Positions 27,197-34,656 of a stretch of 64,000 bases of DNA are shown here, in pieces. Positions within the stretch are counted from its first letter, which is position 1. Each line of letters begins with the position of its first letter. The stretch lies in the NCBI GenBank assembly GCA_964540735.1, contig CAZINY010000001.1:41305-105304 (forward strand), in the 5' to 3' direction. Source of the stretch: an uncultured Oscillospiraceae bacterium. Its GTDB lineage: Bacteria; Bacillota; Clostridia; Christensenellales; Aristaeellaceae. A program made the translations under genes and the position numbers. The notes under the pieces were generated by a model. It did no database searches and was not told where the DNA came from. It saw only the letters and a list, made by a program, of their open reading frames with translations.

Positions 27197-27895
27197 ATGT
27201 TTGTGGACCTGCACATCCACTCCTGCCTGAGCCCTTGCGCCGACGACGACATGACCCCTGCCAACATCTGCGGCATGGCCAGCATCAAAGGGCTGGACGC
27301 CATCGCCGTGACCGACCACAACTGCGCCCGGAATCTGCCCTATGTCAAGGAAGCGGCGGACGCTTTCCATCTGATCCTGCTGCCGGGAATGGAGATCACC
27401 ACCCGGGAGGAGGTGCATTTGCTGGGGTACTTTCCCACGGTGGAGGCGGCGGTGGAGGCGGGGGAGTTTTTTGCTGCCCATTTGCCGCCCATGAAGAACC
27501 GTCCCGATTTTTTTGGCCGGCAGCTGGTGATGGACACGGATGACCAGGTGGTGGGTGAGGAAGAGCGCCTGCTCATCGGCGCCACGGACCTGTCCCTGGC
27601 CAGGTGCGCGGCGGAGATCCGCAGCCGCGGCGGCGTGGCGGTGCCCGCGCATATCAACCGGGGGAGCAACGGCTTGCTGGTGAACCTGGGCATGATGCCA
27701 TCGGAGCCGGATTTTCCCGTGGTGGAGGTGCGCCCGGAGCTTCCCGTATCCGCGGAGGCCGTGGCGGGACGCCGGGTGCTGGAGGCTTCTGACGCGCATC
27801 AGCTGGGAAGCATCCGCGAGGCGGTCTTTGATGTGCCTACGGACCGCTTTTCCTTCGGGGGGCTGTGGAGTTGGTTGCATGATTTTCACAGATAA
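27197..27895 (+). CDS. PHP-domain phosphoesterase
   Basis: DLHIHSCLSPCADD and AVTDHN PHP motifs. Confidence 0.85.
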   Translation: MFVDLHIHSCLSPCADDDMTPANICGMASIKGLDAIAVTDHNCARNLPYVKEAADAFHLILLPGMEITTREEVHLLGYFPTVEAAVEAGEFFAAHLPPMKNRPDFFGRQLVMDTDDQVVGEEERLLIGATDLSLARCAAEIRSRGGVAVPAHINRGSNGLLVNLGMMPSEPDFPVVEVRPELPVSAEAVAGRRVLEASDAHQLGSIREAVFDVPTDRFSFGGLWSWLHDFHR

Positions 27896-28080
27896 TCGTT
27901 GATAATTTTGTACAAAAAAATTTTTTCTCTCCGTGGGAAGTGATGAAAATGGTCCCAGGCGCGTTTGCGCTTTCGTCAGAGACTATCTTTTCTGCCCGAA
28001 ATATGTTAAAATAACTACAAGTGCGAACCTTGCGGTCGTGCTGTGCAAAGGTGAAACGCCTTGAAGGAGGGTAATGTTTT

Positions 28081-28548
28081 ATGCCTGATCAAAGGGAAAA
28101 ATACGTGCAGCTGCAGGAAGTGATCCAGCGGCACAAGGGGGAACCCGGGGCCCTGATGCCCGTACTCCAGGAAGCGCAGAACATCTTCGGCTACGTTCCC
28201 CTGGACGTGCAGGAGGAGATTGCCGACGGCCTGGGAACCACACTGAGCGAGGTTTACGGCGTGGCTACGTTCTACTCCCAGTTCTCCCTGGAGCCCAAGG
28301 GACAATATGTGGTGGGTGTGTGCCTGGGAACGGCCTGTTATGTGAAAGGCTCCCAAAAGGTACTGGACAAGCTCAGCGAGGAGCTTAAGGTTGCCGTGGG
28401 CAAGACCACCGAGGACGGCCGCTTCACCCTGAACGCCACACGTTGCCTGGGCGCGTGCGGCCTGGCGCCCGTGATGATGATCAACGACGAAGTGTACGGA
28501 CGCCTGACGCCCGACGAAATCCCGGCGATTATCGCCAAGTATCGCTAA
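28081..28548 (+). CDS. hydC: NuoE-like [2Fe-2S] subunit of NAD(P)-linked [FeFe] hydrogenase
   Basis: CLGTAC...CLGACGLAP motifs. GAAGGAGGG RBS. Confidence 0.9.
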   Translation: MPDQREKYVQLQEVIQRHKGEPGALMPVLQEAQNIFGYVPLDVQEEIADGLGTTLSEVYGVATFYSQFSLEPKGQYVVGVCLGTACYVKGSQKVLDKLSEELKVAVGKTTEDGRFTLNATRCLGACGLAPVMMINDEVYGRLTPDEIPAIIAKYR

Positions 28549-28569
28549 GGCGGCGCGAGGTATACGGCC

Positions 28570-29124
28570 ATGCGGGATTTATCGCTGCATTTGCTGGACC
28601 TGACGCAAAACAGCGTGTCCGCCGGGGCGTCCCTGGTGGAAATCACGCTCACCCTTGCGGAAAACGGCTGGCTGACCATGGTGATCCGCGATAACGGCAA
28701 AGGCATGAGCCCCGAGCTGCTGGCCCGGGTGACCAGCCCCTTCGCCACCACGCGCACCACCCGCAAGGTGGGCCTGGGCATTCCCATGATGATGGAGAAC
28801 GCGGAAAAGACCGGCGGCGGGTTAACCGTCCGCAGTACGGAGGGCAGGGGAACGGAGCTGACCGTGACCCTGGATACGGGCAATATCGACTGCCTACCCT
28901 TGGGCGACCTGCCGGGCACGCTGCTGAGCCTGATCCTGATGCATCCGGACAAGCCGGATTTTCACTTTCACGGCGCGTCGCCGCAGGGAGAATGCGACGT
29001 GGATACTCGAGAGATACGCCAGGCGGCGGGCGGCCTGCCGCTAAACGAGCCGGCCATTGCCGCGTGGCTGCAGGAAGCGGTTTATGAAGAAATCAATCCG
29101 ATCTTTGGAGGTGCGAACCTATGA
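28570..29124 (+). CDS. HATPase_c domain protein embedded in the hyd operon
   Basis: IRDNGKGM (G1) and GLGIPM (G2) boxes. No HisKA or sensor domain. Confidence 0.8.
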   Translation: MRDLSLHLLDLTQNSVSAGASLVEITLTLAENGWLTMVIRDNGKGMSPELLARVTSPFATTRTTRKVGLGIPMMMENAEKTGGGLTVRSTEGRGTELTVTLDTGNIDCLPLGDLPGTLLSLILMHPDKPDFHFHGASPQGECDVDTREIRQAAGGLPLNEPAIAAWLQEAVYEEINPIFGGANL

Positions 29125-29498
29125 AATCCTTGGCTGAACTGGAAGCTATCCGGCAAAAGACGCTGGAGAATATCGGCATGCGCAAGGAGGTCCATGACTC
29201 CGCCCGGGTGGTGGTAGGCATGGCCACCTGCGGCATCGCTGCGGGCGCACGGCCTGTGATGCTGGCCTTTGTGGAAGAAATCAACAAGCGCAAGCTGGAT
29301 CACGTGACCGTTTCGCAAACGGGCTGCGTGGGTATGTGCCGCCTGGAGCCCATGGTGGACGTATACCTGCCGGGGCAGGAGAAGGTTACCTATGTAAAGC
29401 TGACCCCCGATATGGTGCCGCGGATTGTGGCTGAGCATATTGTGAACGGCCGTCCTGTGCTGGAGTACACCATTGGCGCTGCGGAAGAGAAGAAGTAA
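29121..29498 (+). CDS. Thioredoxin-like (2Fe-2S) ferredoxin
   Basis: MATCGIAAGA ... GCVGMCRLEP motifs. Its start overlaps the upstream stop. Confidence 0.85.
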   Translation: MKSLAELEAIRQKTLENIGMRKEVHDSARVVVGMATCGIAAGARPVMLAFVEEINKRKLDHVTVSQTGCVGMCRLEPMVDVYLPGQEKVTYVKLTPDMVPRIVAEHIVNGRPVLEYTIGAAEEKK

Positions 29499-29521
29499 CG
29501 AGCGAATGAGGAGGCATACCC

Positions 29522-31318
29522 ATGGAGCTATATCGCGCACATGTCCTGGTCTGCGGGGGTACGGGCTGCACGTCCTCCGGTTCCCAGCAGCTGATGGAAC
29601 GCTTTGAGCAGCAGCTGCAGGAAAAGGGCCTGGAAAAGGAAGTAAAAATTGTCCGCACGGGTTGTTTCGGCCTTTGCGAGGCCGGCCCCGTGGTAATCGT
29701 CTATCCGGAGGGTACCTTTTATAGCCGCGTGAAGCTGGAGGACGTGGACGAGATCGTTTCCGAGCACCTGCTCAAGGGTCGCAAGGTGCAGCATCTGGTG
29801 TATGTGGACCATGCCACCCACGAGTCCAGCGTGCAGAAGTCCCTGGACGAGATCGGCTTCTACAAGCTGCAGAAGCGCATCGCGCTGAAGAACTGCGGCG
29901 TCATCGACCCGGAAAATATCGACGAGTATATCGCCTTTGACGGCTACAAGGCGCTGGCCAAGGCGCTTACCGAAATGACCCGGGAGCAGGTGATCCAGGA
30001 GGTGCTGGATTCCGGGCTGCGGGGCCGTGGCGGCGGCGGCTTCCCCACGGGCCTGAAGTGGAAGTTCGGCTACAACAGCCAGGCGGAGCAGAAGTACATC
30101 GCCTGCAACGCCGACGAGGGCGACCCCGGCGCGTTCATGGACCGCTCTCTGCTGGAGGGCGATCCCCATGCGATCCTGGAAGCCATGGCCATCGGCGGCT
30201 ATGCCATCGGGGCCAGCGAAGGCTACATTTATGTCCGCGCGGAATATCCCATCGCGGTGAAGCGGCTGCAGGTGGCCATTGGCCAGGCCCGTGAATACGG
30301 CCTGCTGGGCGAGCACATTTTCGGAACGGATTTCAACTTTGACATTCACATTCGCCTGGGCGCGGGCGCGTTCGTGTGCGGCGAGGAAACGGCGCTGATG
30401 ACCTCCATCGAGGGCAAGCGCGGCGAGCCCCGTCCCCGTCCGCCGTTCCCGGCGGTGAAGGGCCTGTTCGGCCAGCCCACCGTGCTCAACAACGTGGAGA
30501 CCTACGCCAACATCCCGCAGATTATTTTGAAGGGCGCCAAGTGGTACGCCTCCATGGGCACTGAGCGCTCCAAGGGTACCAAGGTGTTCGCCCTGGGCGG
30601 CAAGATCAACAATACCGGCCTGGTGGAAATTCCCATGGGCACGCCCTTGCGCACGGTGATCTACGACATTGGCGGCGGCATCCCCGGCGGCAAGAAGTTC
30701 AAGGCCGTGCAGACCGGCGGACCTTCCGGCGGCTGCATTCCGGCGGCGCACCTGGATATTCCCATCGAGTACGATACCCTCATTGAGATCGGCTCCATGA
30801 TGGGTTCCGGCGGCATGATCGTCATGGACGAAGACAACTGCATGGTGGACATCGCCCGCTTTTTCCTGGACTTCACTGTGGACGAGAGCTGCGGCAAATG
30901 CACGCCCTGCCGCATCGGCACCCGGCGCATGCTGGAGATCCTGGAGCGCATTGTGGAAGGCAAGGGCGAGGAAGGCGACATCGAAAAGCTGGAGACCCTG
31001 GCCAAGAACATCAAGGCGACCGCCCTGTGCGGCCTGGGCCAGACCGCGCCCAACCCGGTGCTGTCCACCCTGCGCTATCTCCGGGACGAGTACGAGGCCC
31101 ACATCAAGGAAAAGCGCTGCCCGGCGCATCACTGCCAGGCCCTGCTCAACTATGTCATTTCCGACAAGTGCCGCGGCTGCACCCTGTGCGCCAAGGTTTG
31201 CCCGGCGGGAGCGATTACCGGCGAGGTGCGCAAGCAGCATCACATCGACGTGACCAAGTGCCTCAAGTGCGGCGCTTGTATGGAAAAGTGCCGCTTCGGC
31301 GCGATCTCCAAGAACTAA
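29522..31318 (+). CDS. hydB: NuoF-like NAD(H)/FMN-binding subunit of [FeFe] hydrogenase
   Basis: N-terminal CGGTGC 2Fe2S module, GRGGGGFPTGLKW FMN/NADH site, CGKCTPCR, and C-terminal 2x[4Fe-4S] motifs. Confidence 0.95.
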   Translation: MELYRAHVLVCGGTGCTSSGSQQLMERFEQQLQEKGLEKEVKIVRTGCFGLCEAGPVVIVYPEGTFYSRVKLEDVDEIVSEHLLKGRKVQHLVYVDHATHESSVQKSLDEIGFYKLQKRIALKNCGVIDPENIDEYIAFDGYKALAKALTEMTREQVIQEVLDSGLRGRGGGGFPTGLKWKFGYNSQAEQKYIACNADEGDPGAFMDRSLLEGDPHAILEAMAIGGYAIGASEGYIYVRAEYPIAVKRLQVAIGQAREYGLLGEHIFGTDFNFDIHIRLGAGAFVCGEETALMTSIEGKRGEPRPRPPFPAVKGLFGQPTVLNNVETYANIPQIILKGAKWYASMGTERSKGTKVFALGGKINNTGLVEIPMGTPLRTVIYDIGGGIPGGKKFKAVQTGGPSGGCIPAAHLDIPIEYDTLIEIGSMMGSGGMIVMDEDNCMVDIARFFLDFTVDESCGKCTPCRIGTRRMLEILERIVEGKGEEGDIEKLETLAKNIKATALCGLGQTAPNPVLSTLRYLRDEYEAHIKEKRCPAHHCQALLNYVISDKCRGCTLCAKVCPAGAITGEVRKQHHIDVTKCLKCGACMEKCRFGAISKN

Positions 31319-31340
31319 TCGTGCTAAGGAGGAAATGTAA

Positions 31341-33089
31341 ATGGAAGAGCTCATTCAGCTTACGATTGACGGCGTAAGTGTTGAGGTGCCCGCCGGTACG
31401 ACCGTTCTGGAGGCTGCCAAGAAAGCGGGTATCAATATTCCCACCCTGTGCTATTTGAAGGACATCAACCAGATCGGCGCCTGCCGCCTGTGCGTGGTGG
31501 ACACCGGCGCCCGCGCCCTGCAGGCTGCCTGCGTGCTGCCCGTGAGCAAGGGCATGGTGGTGAAAACCAATACCCCCGCCATCCGCGAGGCGCGGAAGAT
31601 CAACCTGGAGCTGCTGCTGTCCAACCACAACAAAAAGTGCCTTTCCTGTGTGCGCAACCAGAATTGCGAGCTGCAAAAGCTCTGTCTGGACCTGGGCGTG
31701 GAGGACGGGGACTACTTCGCCGGCTCCATGAACAAATACGATGTGGACGACCTGTCCATGTCCATTGTCCGGGACAACAACAAGTGCGTGCTGTGCCGCC
31801 GCTGCGTGGCTGCTTGCAACAAGACCCAGGCGGTGGGGGTTATCGGCCCGGTGAACCGCGGCTTCAATACCGCCATTGAGTCCCCCTGGGGAATGCCCCT
31901 GGCGGGCATGGCCTGCATCAACTGCGGCCAGTGCATTGCCGCCTGCCCCACCGGCGCGCTCCATGAGAAGGATTCCACCCGCGAGGTGTGGGACCTGCTG
32001 GCCGACCCCAAGAAGCATGTGGTGGTACAGCCTGCTCCCGCCGTTCGCGCGGCGCTGGGCGAGGAATTCGGCATGCCCATGGGCACCCTGGTGACCGGGA
32101 AAATGGCCGCCGCCCTGCGCCGCTTGGGCTTTGATCGCGTTTTCGACACCGACTGGGCTGCTGATCTGACCATCATGGAGGAAGCCAACGAACTGGTGGA
32201 CCGCATGCGCAACGGCGGCGTGCTGCCCATGATTACCTCCTGCTCTCCCGGCTGGATCAAGTTCTGCGAGCACTATTACAGCGACTTTATCCCGAACCTG
32301 TCCAGCTGCAAGTCCCCCCATGAAATGGAAGGGGCCATGATCAAGAGCTACTACGCCGAGCGGGCGGGCATTGATCCCAAGGATATCGCGGTGGTTTCCG
32401 TGATGCCTTGCACGGCCAAGAAGTTTGAGGCCAAGCGGCCCGAGCTGTCCAACGCGGGCCTGCAGGATGTGGACGCGGTTATCACCACCCGCGAGCTTGC
32501 GCGGATGATCAAGGAAGCGGGCATTGACTTTGTGAACCTGCCGGACGAGGACTTTGATCCCCTCATGGGCGAGAGCACCGGCGCGGGCGTTATCTTCGGC
32601 GCTACCGGCGGCGTGATGGAGGCCGCTCTGCGCACCGCCTACGAGCTGGTCACCGGCAAGGAGCTGGAGCAGGTGGACTTCCAGGCCGTCCGCGGCGTGG
32701 AAGGCGTCAAGGAAGCCTCCATTCAGGTGGGCGACGTCACGGTGAACGTGGCGGTGGCTCATGGTACGGCCAATGCCGCCAAGCTGCTGGACAGCATCCG
32801 CCGCGGTGAAAAGCAGTACCACTTCATCGAGGTTATGGGATGCCCCGGCGGCTGCGTGACCGGCGGCGGACAGCCCATCGTATCCGCGCAGAAGCGCATG
32901 GAATGCGATCCGCGGGAGATTCGCGCTGCGGCCCTGTACCGGGAAGATGCGGGCAAGCCCCTGCGCAAGAGCCATATGAATCCCGAAATTCAGGCCCTGT
33001 ACGACGAGTTCCTGGGCCGTCCCAACAGCCACAAGGCGCATCAGCTGCTGCATACCACCTACATGGCGCGGCCGAAGTACAGCCGCTAA
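31341..33089 (+). CDS. hydA: [FeFe] hydrogenase catalytic subunit (group A, multimeric type)
   Basis: N-terminal 2Fe2S plus His-ligated and 2x[4Fe4S] modules. H-cluster motifs are TSCSPGW, MPCTAKKFE and EVMGCPGGCVTGGGQP. Confidence 0.95.
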   Translation: MEELIQLTIDGVSVEVPAGTTVLEAAKKAGINIPTLCYLKDINQIGACRLCVVDTGARALQAACVLPVSKGMVVKTNTPAIREARKINLELLLSNHNKKCLSCVRNQNCELQKLCLDLGVEDGDYFAGSMNKYDVDDLSMSIVRDNNKCVLCRRCVAACNKTQAVGVIGPVNRGFNTAIESPWGMPLAGMACINCGQCIAACPTGALHEKDSTREVWDLLADPKKHVVVQPAPAVRAALGEEFGMPMGTLVTGKMAAALRRLGFDRVFDTDWAADLTIMEEANELVDRMRNGGVLPMITSCSPGWIKFCEHYYSDFIPNLSSCKSPHEMEGAMIKSYYAERAGIDPKDIAVVSVMPCTAKKFEAKRPELSNAGLQDVDAVITTRELARMIKEAGIDFVNLPDEDFDPLMGESTGAGVIFGATGGVMEAALRTAYELVTGKELEQVDFQAVRGVEGVKEASIQVGDVTVNVAVAHGTANAAKLLDSIRRGEKQYHFIEVMGCPGGCVTGGGQPIVSAQKRMECDPREIRAAALYREDAGKPLRKSHMNPEIQALYDEFLGRPNSHKAHQLLHTTYMARPKYSR

Positions 33090-33104
33090 GGTATAAGGCC
33101 TCGA

Positions 33105-33135
33105 AGCCCCCTGCCGCGCAGCGGCAGGGGGCTTT
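33105..33135. terminator. hydA terminator hairpin
   Basis: AGCCCCCTGCCGC GCA GCGGCAGGGGGCT is a perfect 13-bp stem, 16 nt after the stop. Short T-run. Confidence 0.7.
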
Positions 33136-33575
33136 GAACGCTGCATGTTCTTTCATGCTGACATGATAAAAAATATTTGGCTTCACAATTTGCAAAAGAT
33201 GCAACAAGCATGGGGCCGAAGGATTCCAAAGGGCGATCGGAAAGCCCTTTGGTCGCGCCCGGAGGCGCGAAACCCTTTGCGCTTGCAAGCATGCAACGCT
33301 TCACTAGCGAAAAACGAAGCAAATTATTTTGTCACCATTTAGAACTATCCCGCCGCGGATGCGGCAGGGGGCTTTGAACGCCGCATGTTCTTTCATGCTG
33401 ACATGGTAAAAAATATTTGGCTTCATAATTTGCAAAAGATGCAACAAGCATGGGCCGAAGGATTCCAAAGGGCGATCGGAAAGCCCTTTGGTCGCGCCCG
33501 GAGGCGCGAAGCCCTTTGCGCTTGCAAGCATGCAACGCTTCACTAGCAAAAAACGAAGCAAATTATTTTGTCAAC
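33118..33575 (+). repeat. Two tandem 240-bp units, each with one copy (C, D) of the structured repeat core
   Basis: 33121-33360 versus 33361-33599: 6 substitutions and one 1-nt deletion. Cores at 33189-33336 and 33429-33575. Confidence 0.95.
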
Positions 33576-33621
33576 ATTCAGAATCCCCCCTGCCGCACAA
33601 CGGCAGGGGGGATTCTGAATG
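33575..33621. terminator. Perfect 21-bp hairpin downstream of the GH43 gene
   Basis: CATTCAGAATCCCCCCTGCCG CACAA CGGCAGGGGGGATTCTGAATG. It shares the arm CCCCTGCCG with the hydA terminator. Confidence 0.7.
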
Positions 33622-33630
33622 AGAATACGC

Positions 33631-34575
33631 TCAGTTTTGCGGCCACGGAAAAGTACGGATACGTTCGTATTCCGCTTCGCCAATGGTCAGAATGGTGCCG
33701 TGCTTGAATCCATAGGGGAAGGAGAAAGCCTGGTCGGAACGGACAAAATCGCCGCTCTTCAGGCTGGGAGCAACGAAGGGCACATACCCCTGCCCGGCGC
33801 CCGGTACGCCGTAGTAGTCAAGGAACAGGCACCAGCGGCCGTCCTCCAGGCGCATGGCGGTAGGCGCTTCATATTTGCCGGCTTCCAGCTTGCCCATTTC
33901 CGCATCAAAGGCATGCACGCGCTCCCAGGGGCCGGTAAGGGATGGCGCGCTGAGCAGGATGATCCGCTCGGGGTTGGCGTCGCTTTTGAGGAACATATAG
34001 TAAACGCCGTCTTCCTGATAAATGGCGGAATCAATCACGCTGGTGTCCGCCTTGCGGTAGAGCAGCTCCGGCGCCGTGAAGTGCGCGAAATCCGTGGTTC
34101 GGGAACAGTAGATGGCCTTGGAAGCAAAGTCATCCTCAGCGCGGGAAGAGGACCAGTGCAGCACATACTCCTGGCGTTGGGTATCAAACACCACATCCGG
34201 GGCCCACAGACAGCCAAAGCTCTCGTCTCCCAGTTGAATCAGCTCCTGCTCCGTCCAGTGCACCAGATCCGCTGACTGCCAGTGCGCCAGGCACTTGCTG
34301 CCATGCCGGGAAATGGCGTCCCAGGAGCGATGGTACTGGTTGCGCATGCCATAGGACAGGCTGAGGTCTGTGGCAAAAATATGATACATACCGTCCAAGT
34401 GATTGCGTACGATGGTATGGTCCCGGACGCCCTTGTCTCCGTAATAGGCCCACAGCACGGGCTGTCCGCCATTGACCGGCTGCCAGTTGAAGCCGTCCTC
34501 GCTCAGGCCGAAATAGACCTGTTCTCCATCGGGCATGGTTTTCTCCTTGAAGTGTACGAACAGATACCGTTGCAT
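33631..34575 (-). CDS. Glycoside hydrolase family 43 protein
   Basis: VRDHTIV, CLWAPDV and five-bladed propeller-type repeats. RBS GGAAAGGAAGG precedes the ATG at 34575. Confidence 0.8.
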   Translation of the reverse strand: MQRYLFVHFKEKTMPDGEQVYFGLSEDGFNWQPVNGGQPVLWAYYGDKGVRDHTIVRNHLDGMYHIFATDLSLSYGMRNQYHRSWDAISRHGSKCLAHWQSADLVHWTEQELIQLGDESFGCLWAPDVVFDTQRQEYVLHWSSSRAEDDFASKAIYCSRTTDFAHFTAPELLYRKADTSVIDSAIYQEDGVYYMFLKSDANPERIILLSAPSLTGPWERVHAFDAEMGKLEAGKYEAPTAMRLEDGRWCLFLDYYGVPGAGQGYVPFVAPSLKSGDFVRSDQAFSFPYGFKHGTILTIGEAEYERIRTFPWPQN

Positions 34576-34656
34576 GCGTAACGCCTTCCTTTCCTTGCAT
34601 GGTTTACCAAAAGGGCGGACTTCCAGCAAAGCATATGCCAGGAGTCCGCCGCAGGC

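Noticed and set aside
25391-27889. 832-aa ORF on the minus strand, the longest in the window
   Set aside because: It runs antisense across four well-supported plus-strand genes (HydS-like, DRTGG, PHP and the end of the HATPase gene) and through their intergenic gaps. It has no RBS. Its Gly/Ala/His/Arg/Leu-rich composition is what reverse frames of GC-rich genes produce when stop codons are depleted.
33105-33621. Possible CRISPR array or minisatellite
   Set aside because: There are only two units, each 240 bp long, with no short repeat/spacer alternation and no cas genes in the window. This is a tandem duplication of a dispersed repeat.
33145-33707. Small ORFs translated from the repeat units (33145..33342, 33177..33377, 33450..33707; likewise 15627..15866, 5817..6422, 45350..45658)
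   Set aside because: Copies of the repeat differ by indels that shift the frame (a 1-nt deletion between units C and D), occur in both orientations, and lack RBSs. Conservation follows the hairpin arms (compensatory changes) rather than codon positions.
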